Below, piece by piece: positions 48,013 through 61,372 of a stretch of 64,000 nucleotides of DNA. The notes under the pieces were generated by a model, which saw only the letters and a program-made list of their open reading frames with translations, was not told the DNA's origin and ran no database searches. Made by a program: the position numbers and the translations under genes. Every line of letters starts with the position of its first letter. Position 1 is the first letter of the stretch. Origin of the DNA: Squalus acanthias. Lineage: Eukaryota. The stretch spans positions 3,162,001 to 3,226,000 of the forward strand of contig CM059432.1 of assembly GCA_030390025.1 (NCBI GenBank). Direction: 5' to 3'.

Positions 48013-50248
48013 AAGAACGTAAGAATTAGGAGCAGGAGTCGGCCATTCGGCCCCTCGAGCCTGCTCCTGCCATTCAATAAGATCATGGCTGATCTTCGAC
48101 CTCATCTCCACTTTCCTGCACTATCCCCATATCCCTTGATTCCCTTAATATTCAAAAATCTATCGATCTCTGTCTTGAATATACTCAACGACTGAGCCTC
48201 CACAGCCCTCTGGGGTAGAGAATTCCAATGATTCACCACCCTCTGAGTGAAGAAATTTCTCCCCATCTCAGTCCTAAATGGCCGACCCCTTATTCTGACA
48301 CTGTGACCCCTGGTTCTAGACTCCCCAGCCAGGGGAAACATCCTCCCTGCATCTACCCTGTCAAGCCCCTGTAAGAATTTTGTATGTTTAATGAGCTCAC
48401 CTCTCATTCTTCTAAACTCTAGAGAACATAGGCCTAGTCTACTCAATCTCTCCTCATAGGACAATCCCCCCCCATCCCAGGAACCAGTCTGGTGAACCTT
48501 CGTTGCACTCCCTCTATGGCAAGTATATCCTTCCTTAGGTAAAGAGACCAAAACTGTACACAATACTCCAGATGCGATCTCACCAGGGCCCTATATAATT
48601 GCAGTAAGACGTCTTTACTCTTATACTCAAATCCTCTTGTAATAAAGGCCAACATACTATTTGCTTTCCTAATTGCTTGCTGTACCTGCATGTTAACTTT
48701 CAGTGATTCATGTTCAAGGACACCCAGGTCCCTCTGAACACCAACATTTCCCAATCTCTCACCATTTAAAAAATACTCTGCTTTTCTATTTTTCCTACCG
48801 AAGTGGATAACTTCACATTTCTCCACATTATATTCCATTTGCCATGTTCTTGCCCACTCACTTAGCCAGTCTATATCCCCTTGAAGCCTCCTTGCATTCT
48901 CCTCACAACTTACATTCCCACCCAGCTTTGTATCATCAGCAAACCTGGATATATTACATTTGGTCCCCTTATCCAAATCATTGATATAGATTGTGAATAG
49001 CTGAGGCCCAAGCACTGATCCTTGCGGTACCCCACTAGTTACAGCCTGCCAACCCAAAAATGACCCCTTTATTCCTACTCTCTGTTTTCTGTCCGTTAAC
49101 CAATCCTCAATCCATGCTAGTATATAACCCCCAATCCCATGAGCCCTAATTTTGTTTAATAACCTCTTGTGTGGCACCTTATTGAAAGCCTTCTGAAAAT
49201 CACCACATCCACTGGTTCCCCCTTATCTATTCTGTTAGTTACAACCCCAAAAAACTCGAACAGATTTGTCAAACATGATTTCCCTTTCGTAAATCTGTGT
49301 TGACGCTGCCTAATCCTATTGTTATTTTCTAAGTGCCCTGTTACCACATCCTTAATAATAGATTCTAGCATTTTCCCTACTATTGATGTCAGGCTAACTG
49401 GTCTGTAGTTCCCCGTTTTCTCTCTCCCTCCTTTCTTAAATAGTGGCGTTACATTTGCTACCTTCCAATCCGCGGGAACCGTTCCAGAATCTATGGAATT
49501 TTGGAAGATGACAACCAATGCATCCACTTTCTCTATAGCCACCTCTTTCAAAAGCCTAGGATGTAGGCCATCAGGTCCAGGGGATTTATCGGCTTTCAGT
49601 TCTATTAATTTCTCCAGTACTACTTCCATACTAATATTAATTTCTTTCAGTTCCTCATTCTCACTAGACCCTTGGTTCTCCACTATTTCTGGAATGTTTT
49701 TTGCGTCTTCTTCCGTGTGGACAGAGAAAAAGTATTTGTTTAATTTCACTGCCATTTCCTTATTCCCATTATAATTTCTCCTGTCTCAGCCTGTAAAGGA
49801 CCCATGTTTACTTTCGTTAATCTTTTCCTTTTTACATACCTATAGAAGCTTTTACAGTCTGTTTTTATGTCTCTCGCTAGTTTACTTTCATATTCTATTT
49901 TCCCTTTCTTTATCAGTTTCTTGGTCCTCCTTTGCTGAATTCTAAAATCCTCCCAATCCTCAGGCTTACTACTCTTTTTGGCAACATTATAGGCCTCTTC
50001 CTTTAATCTAATGCTATCTTTAATTTCTCGTTAGCCACGGATGGACCATTTTTTCCGTGGTGTTTTTATTCCTTAAGGGAATGTATGTTCGTTGCGAATT
50101 ATGAATTATTTCTTTGAAAGTTTGCCATTGCTTTTCTACTGTCATATCTGTTCATCTATTTTCCCAACTCACCTCTCATGCCTGCGTAGTTTGCTTTGTT
50201 CAGATTTAGGACCCTAGTTTCGGACTTAACTAAATCACTCTCAAAATC
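48013..50248 (-). mobile_element. 5'-truncated CR1 LINE (RT pseudogene), same family as 29207-32468
   Basis: Frameshifted ORFs 49156-49755, 48443-49177 and 48102-48563 with GVPQGSVLGP and RFADDTKL. Confidence 0.95.
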
Positions 50249-50286
50249 AGACACACACACACACACAAAACACACACAAGGTCACT

Positions 50287-51118
50287 AGTGGGGATTTTCG
50301 CTGATGACTGCACAGTGTTCAGCGCCATTCGCAACTCCTCAGATAATGAAGCAGTCCATGCCCACATGCAACAAGACCTGGACGACATTCAGGCTTGGGC
50401 TGATAAGTGGCAGGTAACATTCGCGCCACACAAGTGGCAGGCAATGACTATCTCCAACAAGCGAGAGTCTAACCACCTCCCCTTGACATTCAATGGCATT
50501 ACCATCACCGAACCCCCCACCATCAACATCCAGGGGGTCACCAGAAACTTAACTGGACCAGCCACATAAATACTGTGGCAACAAGAGCAGGTCAGAGACT
50601 AGGTATTCTGCGGCGAGTGTCTCACCTCCTGACTCCCCAAAGCCTTTCCACCATCTACAAGGCACAAGTCAGGAGTGTGATGGAATACTCTCCGCTTGAT
50701 TGGCACCCCATCCACCACCTTAAACATTCACTCCCTCCACCACCGGCGCACTGTGGCTGCAGTGTGTACCATCTACAAGATGCACTGCAGCAACTCGCCA
50801 AGGCTTCTTTGACAGCACCTCCTAAACCTGCGACCTCTACCACCTAGATGGACAAGGGCAGCAGGCTCATGGGAACACCACCACCTCCAAGTTCCCCTCC
50901 AAGTCACACACCATCCTGACTTGGAAATATATCGGTCGTTCCTTCATCGTCACTGGGTCAAAATCCTGGAACCCCCTCCCTAACAGCACTGTGGGAGCAC
51001 CTTCACCACACAGACTGCAGGGGTTCAAGAAGGCAGCTCACCACCACCTTCTCAAGGGCAATTAGAGATGGGCAATAAATGCTGGCCTTGCCAGCGACAC
51101 CCAGATCTCGAGAATGAG
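50287..51118 (+). mobile_element. Second, distinct CR1-group LINE 3' fragment
   Basis: FADDCTV, IYKAQVRSVMEYSPL; tail AATTAG(A/G)GATGGGCAATAAATGCTGGCC also at ~6975, 38150 and 41090. Confidence 0.82.
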
Positions 51119-51421
51119 AAAAACCACACACTCACTCATCCACACACACACACACACACACACGTGCATGTCTGGGTTGTTCTTAGTATAAGAGGATTGA
51201 AGTGTGATTATCACCAGTGACAGCATCACACTAATATGGAATCATCGTGTGTAGTGCGAGTGAGCAGCAGTGTTGATTCGAATTGCTGGTTTCATCTACT
51301 TCAAACACCAAAGTGGTTGTTTTCTTCATTTGGTTAACATCTTGTGTAGGACGGTGAATAGAAACTGGTGTCGGTTATGCAAACTGGGACTTTACGTTAT
51401 ATTTCAGACGGAGTCCTGTGT

Positions 51422-51715
51422 AAATACAACAACAACTTGTATTTATATGGCACCTTTAACGTAGTAAAACGTCCCAAGGCTCTTCACAGGAGCGATTATC
51501 AAACAAAATTTGACAGAGAGCCACATAAGGAGATATTAGGACAGGTGACCAAAAGCTTGGTCAAAGAGGTAGGTTTTAAGGAGCATCTTAAAGGAGGAGA
51601 GTGAGAGAGAGAGGCGGAGAGGTTTAGGGAGGGAATTCCAGAGCTTAGGGCCCAGGCAGCTGAAGGCACGGCCGCCAATGGTGGAGCGATGGAAATCGGG
51701 GGATGTGCAAGAAGC
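51422..51715 (-). mobile_element. L2 LINE 3' fragment
   Basis: RSTIGGRAFSCLGPKLWNSLP on the - strand. Confidence 0.85.
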
Positions 51716-51939
51716 CACTGGGAAGGATTCGTAAGAAGCACACACATGTTGAAATGGCCACCAGCAGCAGCAACAGATCTCTGGAGATCCTCAGATCACG
51801 GTTCATTCTGAGGCAATAAAAATGTGAAGCTTTTCTGCCAGGAGTGGAGAAACTCCGTTAAAGAACTGGAGTTCAATATTTCCGATTATTATTCTATAAT
51901 TCAGAGAAATCATTGGACAGGCATTATTAAACGAATAAG

Positions 51940-52320
51940 CCAGCCTCCCCTCCCTCCCCAGCCCCGATCTCCAACCTCCCCTCCCTCCCCCGTCCCGATC
52001 TCCAGCCTCCCCTCCCTCCCCTCCCTCCCTCAGCCCCGATCTCCAACCTCCCCTCCCTCCCCCGTCCCGATCTCCTGCCTCCCCTCCCTCCCTCAGCCCC
52101 GATCTCCAACCTCCCCTCCCTCCCCGTCCCGATCTCCAACCTCCCCTCCCTCCCCCTCCCTCCCTCAGCCCCGATCTCCAACCTCCCCTCCCTCCCCCGT
52201 CCCGATCTCCAGCCTCCCCTCCCTCCCCTCCCTCCCTCAGCCCCGATCTCCAACCTCCCCTCCCTCCCCGTCCCGATCTCCAGCCTCCCCTCCCTCCCTC
52301 AGCCCCGATCTCCAACCTCT
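51940..52320. repeat. C-rich minisatellite, variable units (CCCGATCTCCAACCTCCCCTCCCT core)
   Basis: Tandem recurrence of the core. Confidence 0.92.
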
Positions 52321-52328
52321 TCTCCCTT

Positions 52329-52645
52329 CCGTCTTTCGGATGAGACATTAAACTGGACGTAAAAGATCCCACGGCCACTATTTCGAAGAAGAGCAGGGGA
52401 GTTCTCCCCGGTGTCCTGGGGCCAATATTTATCCCTCAATTAACATCACTAAAACAGATTATCTGGTCATTATGACATTGCTGTTTGTGAGAGCTTGCTG
52501 TGTACAAATTGGCTGCCTCGTTTCCCACATTACAACAGTGACTACACTTCAAAAGTACTTCATTGGCTGTGAAGCGCTTTGGGACGTCCGGTGGTTGTGA
52601 AAGGCGCTGTAGAAATGCAAGTCTGTCTTTCTTTTTTCTTTCTTT
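52329..52645 (+). mobile_element. Deu SINE, 5'-truncated, with internal deletion
   Basis: Deu core and tail. Confidence 0.85.
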
Positions 52646-52924
52646 TCCCCCAGCCCCGATCTCCAACCTCCTCCTCCCCCCTCAACCTTCTCTTTACTAG
52701 GAAAAGTACTTTAGTAAGTGTGTTTGCTGTGAATGTATAACCTTTTAGTGACAATGCAAGAGCTGTAAATTTCCAAACCAATGCTACAAGCAAATTGCAC
52801 CAGCAGATCTAATTGTAGACTGTGGCTCCCTCACTGGGTGAAATACTGTCATTACCACTTACAGACATTGAGCAAACTCAGATATTTATTTTCAAATTGC
52901 GTTGTTTTACAAGTCAATTTGACA

Positions 52925-53600
52925 ACTATCAGGAAAGACTGAAAAGGCTGGGATTGTCTAGAAAAGAGAAGACTGAGGGGTGACATGATAGAGGTCTTTA
53001 AAATTATGAAGGGGGTTTGATAAGGTAGACAAGAGGAAGCATGTCTTGCTGCAATTGTACAGGGCTTTGGTGAGACCACACCTGGAGTACTGTGCACAGA
53101 TTTGGTCTCCTTATCTGAGGAAGGATATACTTGCCTTGGAGGCGGTGCAACGAAGGTTCACTAGATTGATCCCTGGGATGAGAGGGTTGTCCTATGATGG
53201 GAGATTGAGTAGAGTGGGCCTACACTCTCTGGAGTTTAGAAGAATGAGAGGTGATCTCATTGAAACATATAGGATTCTGAGCGGGATTGACAGTGTAAAT
53301 GCTGAGAGGTTGTTTCCCCTGGCTGGAGAGTCTAGAACCAGGGAGTATAGTCTCAGGATAAGGGGTCAGCCAGTTAAGACTGAGATGAGGAGGAATTTCT
53401 TCACTCAGAGGGTTGTGAATCTTTGGAATTCTCTACCCCAAAGGGTTGTGAATGCTGAATCGTTGAGTGTATCCAAGGCTAAGATTGATAGATTTTTGGA
53501 CTCTAGGGGAATCAAGGAATCTGGAGATCAGGCGGGAAAGTGGAGTTGAGGTCGAGGATCAGCCATGATCTTATTGAATGGCGGAGCAGGCTCGAGGGGT
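52925..53600 (+). mobile_element. CR1 3' fragments
   Basis: ORF 53046-53549 LYRALVRPHLEYC...QRVVNLWNSLP. Confidence 0.9.
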
Positions 53601-53607
53601 CATATGG

Positions 53608-54103
53608 CCCCGATCTCCAACCTCCCCTCCCTCCCCCAGCCCCGATCTCCAACCTCCCCTCCCTCCCCCAGCCCCGATCTCCAACCTCCCCTCCCTCCCC
53701 CAGCCCCGATCTCCAACCTCCCCTCCCTCCCCCAGCCCCGATCTCCAACCTCCCCTCCCTCCCCCAGCCCCGATCTCCAACCTCCCCTCCCTCCCCCAGC
53801 CCCGATCTCCAACCTCCCCTCCCTCCCCCAGCCCCGATCTCCAACCTCCCCTCCCTCCCCCAGCCCCGATCTCCAACCTCCCCTCCCTCCCCCAGCCCCG
53901 ATCTCCAACCTCCCCTCCCTCCCCCAGCCCCGATCTCCAACCTCCCCTCCCTCCCCCAGCCCCGATCTCCAACCTCCCCTCCCTCCCCCAGCCCCGATCT
54001 CCAACCTCCCCTCCCTCCCCCAGCCCCGATCTCCAACCTCCCCTCCCTCCCCCAGCCCCGATCTCCAACCTCCCCTCCCTTCCCCCAGCCCCGATCTCCA
54101 ACC
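53608..54103. repeat. Homogeneous 32-bp minisatellite CCCAGCCCCGATCTCCAACCTCCCCTCCCTCC (~15.5 units)
   Basis: CGATCT period of 32 bp. Confidence 0.95.
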
Positions 54104-54106
54104 TGT

Positions 54107-54446
54107 TAAAGGAGGAGAGAGAGGTGGAGAGGTTTAGGGAGGGGATTCCAGAGCTTAGGGCCCAGGCAGCTGAAGGCACGGCCGCCAATGGTGAAGCGAT
54201 GGAAATCGGGGATACGCAAGAGGCCGGAATTAGAGGAGCGCAGAGATCGCGAAGTGTTGCAGGGCTGAAGGAGGAGACAGAGATTGGGAGGGAGCGAGGG
54301 CCATGGAGGGATTTGAACACAAGGATGAGAATTTTAAATTTGAGGCGTTGCCGGACTGGGAGCCAATGTAGGTCAGCGAGCACAGGGGGTGATGGGTGAA
54401 CGGGACTTGGTGCGAGTTAGGACACGGGGGCAGCAGAGCTTTGGAT
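54107..54446 (-). mobile_element. L2 LINE fragment
   Basis: LADLHWLPVRQRLKFKILILVFKSLHG. Confidence 0.88.
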
Positions 54447-54942
54447 TAACTTCCGCCAACGTTACAACAGGCAAGCGGAAGGATCCCGACCACCACAGCC
54501 CCCCCCCAACCCCGCCCACCAATCGTGGAAATTCACCCCTTTTAGTGTTCGCGCTGAGATGACGGGGAAACAGCAGGGAATGGGACTAATTGGAGAGCTC
54601 TTTCAAAGAGCCGGCACAGGCACGATGGGCCGAATGGCCTCCTCCTGTGCTGTGTGATTCTATGATGCTGCATTGGCGTCAACTACGTTCAAGCTTCTGC
54701 CCTCAGGCAGCAATCTTGTCCCTTGTGGAGGAATCCTTGACGTCCCATATGTGCCATCTGTTTAAGTGCCAGCTGTTCGATCTGTGGCCTATTACAAGCA
54801 CGCCACTGCTGCAGGTCATGCCCTTAACTAGTCTACCAACCTGTCTGACAGCAGACTTGTAAGCTGCTATCAGGGCTGTGACTTTCCCAGCTCAAGGTTC
54901 TCTGTATCCAATCCCCAAGCAGGAAGCTAACTAAAGTCTAGG

Positions 54943-55417
54943 TGTTAGCTGTGGCTCAGTGGGTCACACTCTCTCTCGCCTCTATGAATCAGAATTGTTG
55001 TGGGTTCAAGTCCCACTCCAGAGACCGGAGCACAAAATCGACGATGGCACTCCCAGTGCCAGTGCTGAGGGAGTGCTGCACTGTTGGAGGTGCTGTCTTT
55101 CGGATGAGACGCTAAACCGAGGCCCCGTCTGCTCTCTCAGGTGGACGTAAAAGATCCCAGGCCACTATTTCGAAGAACAGCAGGGGAGTTATCCCCGGTG
55201 TCCTGGCCAATATTTATCCCTCAATCAACATCACAAACAGATTATCTGGTCATTATTACATTGCTGTTTGTGGGAGCTTGCTGTGCGCAAATTGGCTGCC
55301 ACGTTTCCTACATTACAACAGTGACTCCACTTCAAAAAGTACTTCATTGGCTGTGTAGGGCGTTGGGACGTCCTGAGGTCGTGGAAGGCGCTATAGAAAT
55401 GCAACTTTTTCTTTTCT
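54943..55417 (+). mobile_element. Full-length Deu SINE
   Basis: A and B boxes, Deu core, tail. Confidence 0.9.
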
Positions 55418-55774
55418 AAAATTTGGACTGAAGGCCTCTACCACAAGAGCCTAACTCTTTCTGGGAGATAGTCCCACTGCATTCAGGCAGGGGTTCTCAT
55501 CCCTCCAGGATTGCCCTGGAGTCTCCAGGAATTGGAGATTGACCTTCAGGGCACCGCGGCGAGCAACACCCGGGAGAAAGATCATCGCCACGGTAAAGAA
55601 ATTGTGCGCTTTTTAAAAAGTAAGTTATTTCAACACTTTCGTTGACCAGGTATAGAAAAATACTTTGGTGATGGTAAAAAGGGTCTGTTTGACTGAAGTT
55701 GAGAATCGTCCAGTCTGTTGGCTTCTCGATTAGTGTGGGAAGGCGGCGTGCCTTTGTTACCTTTAGACTTGACT

Positions 55775-56325
55775 ATTCCAACGCTCTCTTGACCGGCCTC
55801 CCACATTCTACCCTCCGTAAACTTTAGCTCATCCACAACTGCCCGTCTCCTAACTCACACCAGGTCCCGTTCACCCATCACCCCCTGTGCTCGCTGACCT
55901 ACATGGGCTCCCGGTCCGGCAACACCTCGATTTCAAAATTCTCATCCTTGTGTTCAAATCCCTCCATGGCCTCGCCCCCTCCCTATCTCTGTAATCTCCT
56001 CCAACCCCACAACCCCCCGAGATCTCTACGCTCCTCCAATTCTGGCCTCTTGCGCATCCCCGATTTCCATCGCTTCACTGTTGGCGGCCGTGCCTTCAGC
56101 TGCCTGGGCCCCGAGCTCTGGAATTCCCTCCCTAAACCTCTCCTCCTCTCTCTCCTCCTTTAAGACGCTCCTTAAAACTTTCCTCTTTGACCAGGCTTTT
56201 GGTCACCTGTCCTAATATCTCCTTATGTGGCTCAGTGTCAAATTTTGTTTGATAATCGCTCCTGTGAAGCGTCTCGGGAGGTTTTACTACGTTAAAGGCG
56301 ATATATTAATACAGGGTGTTGTTGT
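55775..56325 (+). mobile_element. L2 LINE 3' fragment
   Basis: GGRAFSCLGPELWNSLP plus tail. Confidence 0.88.
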
Positions 56326-56769
56326 GCAACATATGAATGAACAGGATACAGATTTCAAAGAATTTCAATCTATTTCATATCGCTCCTCCTAACGTGGAAA
56401 ATAACAAAGTGTGAATCCTCTCTCCCCAACGCCACGAGTTCACTTTACAGCCTAGCAATCCCTGAAGTGAGCTGGCATTAACCTTAAGAAGAGAGTTAAC
56501 TCCCTCACAGAGAGTTCCCCCATCCAAGCTTACTGCAGCCTGACATATCTTCCACCAGAGGGCTCTGCTCTCGGTCTTGCGGATTGGCTCATTGCACTGC
56601 CAATCAAAACTCCTACCTCAAATCAGAAACCTCCACGCCCCATTGCACCCGTTCAGCTCAGACCCCCTGGGCGTGCTCAGTTCTGGTCTCCATATCACAG
56701 AATCTTACAGCACAGAAGGAGGCCGTTCGGCCCATCGTGCCTGTGTCGGAATGTAATAAAAAGAGGCAT

Positions 56770-57265
56770 CGAAGGTGGTGCAAAATAGATTTACAAAGAT
56801 GATACCAGAACTGAGGGGTTATAACTATCAGGGAAGATTGAACAGGCTGGGACTCTTTTCTCTTGAAAAGAGAAGGCTGAGGGGTGACCTGATAGAGGTC
56901 TTTAACATTATGAAGGGGTTCGATAGGGTAGACGTAGAGAAGATGTTTCCACTTGCAGGTGAGACCAGAACTAGGGGCCAAAAATATAAGACAGTCACTA
57001 ATAAATCCAATAGGGAATTCGGGAGAAACTTCTTTACCCAGAGAGTGGTGAGAATGTGGAACTCGCTACCACAGGGAGTGGTTGAGGTGAATCGCACAGA
57101 TGTATTTAAGGCCAAGTTAGATAAGCACATGAGGGAGAAAGGAATAGAAGGATATGTTGATGGGGTGAGATGAAGAGGGGTGGGAGAAGGCTGGTGTGGA
57201 GCATAAACACCGGCACAGACCAGTTGGGCCGAATGGCCTGTTTCTGTGCTGTAAATACTTGGTAA
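56770..57265 (+). mobile_element. CR1 3' fragment
   Basis: VQNRFTKMIPELRG...LEKRRLRGDLIEVF...QRVVRMWNSLP. Confidence 0.9.
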
Positions 57266-57429
57266 TTTATAAAATTTACAACATTAACTCTTTTTTCAGT
57301 TGCTTCTTCTCCAACAGTAGGGTCAGTCTGCTCGTCTGATCTGAGCTGTATGCCTCACCAGGCCGAGATGAATTTCAAGCCATTTTGCCATAGCTCTTGC
57401 AGATTTTGTTTTTCCTCCTCTCAGTTCTT

Positions 57430-57840
57430 CGAATCATAGAATGATGCAGCACAGAAGGAGGCCATTTGTCCCATCGTGCCTGTGCCGGCTCTTTGGCCGA
57501 GCTCTCCAATTAGTCCCACTCCCCCACCCCCCCTACTCTTTCCCCACAGCCCTGCAAATTTATCTTTTTCAATTATTTATCCAATTTCCTTTTGCAAGTT
57601 ACTATTGAATCTGCTTTCAGGCAGCGCATTCCAGATCACAACAACTCACTGCGTAAAAAAAATTCTCCTCATCTCTCCCTCTGGTTCTTTTGCCAATTAC
57701 CTTAAATCTGCGTCCTCTGGTTCAGGAGAAACTTATTTACTCAGGGAGTGGTTAGAATGATTTTAATTCTGTGTCCTCTGGTTACCGACCCTCCTGCCAG
57801 TGGAAACAGTTTCTCCTTATTTATCAAAACCCCTGGTAAT
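57430..57840 (-). mobile_element. CR1 3' fragment
   Basis: Reverse complement of the 2831-3247 type. Confidence 0.82.
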
Positions 57841-58127
57841 TCTGAAGTGCTGCTCTTTAAAACTCTTTGATACAGAATTGATAAAATACGGAAATATCAC
57901 ATTCCTGAGAAGTTTCAAATGTGTAGAATATTCCAGAGTTGTAGTCCGCAGGCACGATCCGGAATCATTATCAGTGAGTGCCCTCTCGTGGAATTCGAGC
58001 ACATTGCATTAGCCCAGCCACCTTGCCTGTGTCTATTATAAATCTATATTACCTAGAATGTACAGCGCAGTAACAGGCCATTCGGCCCAACTACTCCGTG
58101 CCGGTGTTTCTGCTCCACTCGAGCCTC

Positions 58128-58435
58128 AGAATCACAGAATCCCCACAATGCAGATAGAGGCCATTTTGGCCCATCGAGCCTGCACCGACACATATCCCAC
58201 CCTATCCCCGTAACCCCACGTATTTAATCCCCCTAACACTAAGGGTCAATTTATCATAGCCAAATCAACCTAACCCGCACATCTTTGGACTGTGGGAGGA
58301 AACCGAAGCACCCGGAGAAAACCCACGCAGACACGGGGAGAATGTGCAAACTCCACACAGACAGTCAACCGAGGCCGGATTCGAACCCGGGTCCCTGGCG
58401 CTGTGAGGCAACAGTGCTAACCACTATGCCACCGT
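58128..58435 (-). mobile_element. HE1-like V-SINE with a different 3' tail
   Basis: Same head and V domain as 12279; tail GGTGCAGGCTCGATGGGCCAAAATGGCCTCTATCTGCATTG. Confidence 0.85.
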
Positions 58436-59693
58436 GTTGCCTCCTCCCGCCCCTCTTCATCTCACCCCATCAGCATAACCTTCCTCACAGCATACTCAGC
58501 AGAGCAGTTTAAGAGGTGACCGAATCGAGGTTTTCCAAGATGGCGAGGAGCTTTGATAGAGCAGCGAGAGAGAAAAGCTATTCCCCTCTGGCGAGCGGGC
58601 CAATAACCAGAGGTCATAGATTCAAAATCATTGGCAAAAAGATCGAGGGGGGGGGGGGGGAGATGAGGAGAAATCTTTTCGCTCAGAGAGTTGTGGGGAT
58701 CTGGAATGCTCTGTCTGAAAAAGTGATGGAAGCTGATTCCATCAGTCGAGTTGGACGGGTACTGGAGGATGAGGAACTCACAGGGTTATGGACAAAAAAC
58801 GGGGGGGATGTGGGGCTGAGCACGACACAGGCACGATGGGCCGAATGGCCTCCTTCCATGCTGTAAATTTCTATGATTCTAGGACTAACAGAGCAGCAGG
58901 ATGAGTCAAAACCGCGGATATCCTCCCCCCCCCCTTCTGCTGTGAGGAAGACTCTGAGCCCTATCCTGACCGCCTCCTGTCGTAAGTGGCAGCACGGAAA
59001 CCCCAATCTTAAAATGATTCTATTTTTTTTTCCGTGTGATTTAAGTCGAAGCTGTACTGGAGGTTTAAAAAAAAAAAATCAATGCATTATCAGCAGCAGG
59101 TTCTCTCTGTCTTTAACCATTAATGAATGATGATGGGCTGGATGAAACCCGCTGGGATTGAAACCGAAAACCCTTCCGTCCTCAGCCTGACATTGAAGCA
59201 GTCGAGCTGCCTTACTGTAAGGAAAGCAATGTGTCGATAGTTGAAAAGACCTATCTTACCCAGGAGACTCCAGAAGCCGAGAAAACTAATCTTCCACGAA
59301 GCTTCTGCTCACAATATGGCCGAGGCCTGTCACCATAACTTGGATTCCAGATTCATTCTTCTTAAACTCAACGATGAAGGGGGCGAAATTGGACTTGGCC
59401 ACGGGGCCTTTACTCCAACTGAATTTCAGGTGTCTTGTACAACGGGCGGCAAATAAGATTCCTCCTGTTTCGTGAAACATCTCCGATTTCAGCCCAGATG
59501 TCCGTCGTTTACAAACTGCAGCAATTACGTTAAATGCAGCTATTAAATAGAATTATGTAGGATTTACAGCACAGAAACAGTCCATCTGGCCCAGCAGGTC
59601 CACGCCGGCGTTTATGCTCCACACGAGCCTCCTCCCACCCCTACTTTGTCACACCCCATCAGCGCACCCTTCCATCCTGAGTCGGAAGGCAGT

Positions 59694-60990
59694 GTCCGAG
59701 GCCCAACCATCTTCAGCTGCTTCATCAATGACCTACCCTCCAACATAAGGTCAGAAGTGGGGATGTTCACCGATGACTGCACAGTGTTCAGCGCCATTCG
59801 CAACTCTCAGATAATGAAGCAGTCCGTGCCCGCGTGCAGCAAGACCTGGACGACGTTCAGGCTTGGGCTGATGAGTGGCAGGTAACATTCGCGCCACACA
59901 AGTGCCAGGCAATGACTATCTCCAACAAGAGAGAGTCTAACCACCGCCAATGGCATTACCATCGCCGAATCCCCCACCAGATGTTTCCCCTGGCTGGGGA
60001 GTCTAGAATGAGGGGTCACAGTCTCAGGATACGGGGTAGGATATTTAGGACTGAGATGAGGAGAAATTTCTTCACTCAGAGGGTGGTGAACCTGTGGAAT
60101 TCTCTACCACAGAAGGCTGTGGAGGCCAAGTCACTGAATATATTTAGGAAGGAGACAGATAGATTTCTAGACACAAAAAGCATCAAGGGGTATGGGGAGA
60201 GAACGGGAATATGGTATTGAGATAGAGGATCAGCCATGATCATATTGAATGGCGGAGCAGGCTTGAAGGGCCGAATGGCCTACTCCTGCTCCTATTTTTC
60301 TATGTTTCTATCAACATCCTGGTTGTCACCATTGACCAGAAACTTAATTGGACCAACCACATAAATACTGTGGCAACAAGAGCAGGTCAGAGGCTGGGTA
60401 TTCTCCGGTGAGTGTCTCACCTCCTGACTCCCCAAAGCCTTTCCACCATCTACAAGGCACAAGTAAGGAGTGTGATGGAGTACTCTCCACTTGCCTGGAT
60501 GAGTGCAGCTCCAACAACACTCAAGAAGCTCGACACCATCCAGGGACAAAGCAGCCCGCTTGATTGGCACCCCATTCACCACCTTAAACATTCACTCCCT
60601 CCACCACCGGCGTACCGTGGCTGCAGTGTGTGTACCATCTACAAGATGCACTGCAGCAACTCGCCAAGGCTTCTTCGGCAGCACCTCCCAAACCCGTGAC
60701 CTCTTCCACCTAGAAGGACAAGAGCAGCAGGCGCATGGGAACACCACCACCTCCAAGTTCCCCTCCAAGTCACACACCATCCTGACTTAGAAGTATATCG
60801 CCGATCCTTCATCGTCGCTGGGTCAAAATCCTGGAACTCCCTCCCTAACAGCACTGTGGGAGCACCTTCACCACACGGACTGCAGCGGTTCAAGAAGGCG
60901 GCTCACCACCACCTTCTCAAGGGCAATTAGGGATGGGCAATAAATGCTGGCCTTGCCAGCGACGCCCACATCCCATAAAAACGAATAAAA
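59694..60990 (+). mobile_element. Second-family CR1-group LINE with nested CR1 3' fragment (59978-60310)
   Basis: GPTIFSCFINDLP, MFTDDCTV, MEYSPLAWMSA; flanks rejoin to CCCCCACCATCAACATCC as at 50515. Confidence 0.85.
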
Positions 60991-61372
60991 AATAAATTAT
61001 ATTAGCATGATTTATTGCTACTAGATCAGTTCTGTTAAAAGATATTTCCAAAAGCTCACCTGAATTATTCATCATCAGCTTCAGCAACAGTAGTTGGGCC
61101 GAAATCTTTGCCTCTGCAGCTGAATAAGAGGTCCAGTGTCTGTATTATCTGACGTCTAGACTGTCGGAGGTGCCGTCTTTCAGATGAGACATTAAAACCC
61201 AAGGTCCCATCTGCTCTCTCAGGTGGATGTAAGGTGATCCCACGGCCACTATTTCAAAGAAGAGCAGGGGAGTTATCCCCGGTGTCCTGGCCAATATTTA
61301 TCCTCCTTTAAGACGCTCCTTAAAACCTACCTCTTTGACCAAGCTTTTGGTCATCTGTCCTAATGTCTCCTT

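Noticed and set aside
53512..54399. Pro-rich and Gly-rich ORFs (also 51803-52378 and 239-595)
   Set aside because: Translations of minisatellites.
59185..59215. Possible 31-nt plus-strand micro-exon (PDIEAVELPY), plus similar candidates at ~57874-57973 and ~51350-51419
   Set aside because: Splice-like sites only; no recognisable protein or consistent exon chain.
59379..59496. Tiny MITE-like inverted ends (also partial ends at 13457, 34348, 38526 and 54530)
   Set aside because: TIRs are degenerate or unpaired and have no clean TSD.
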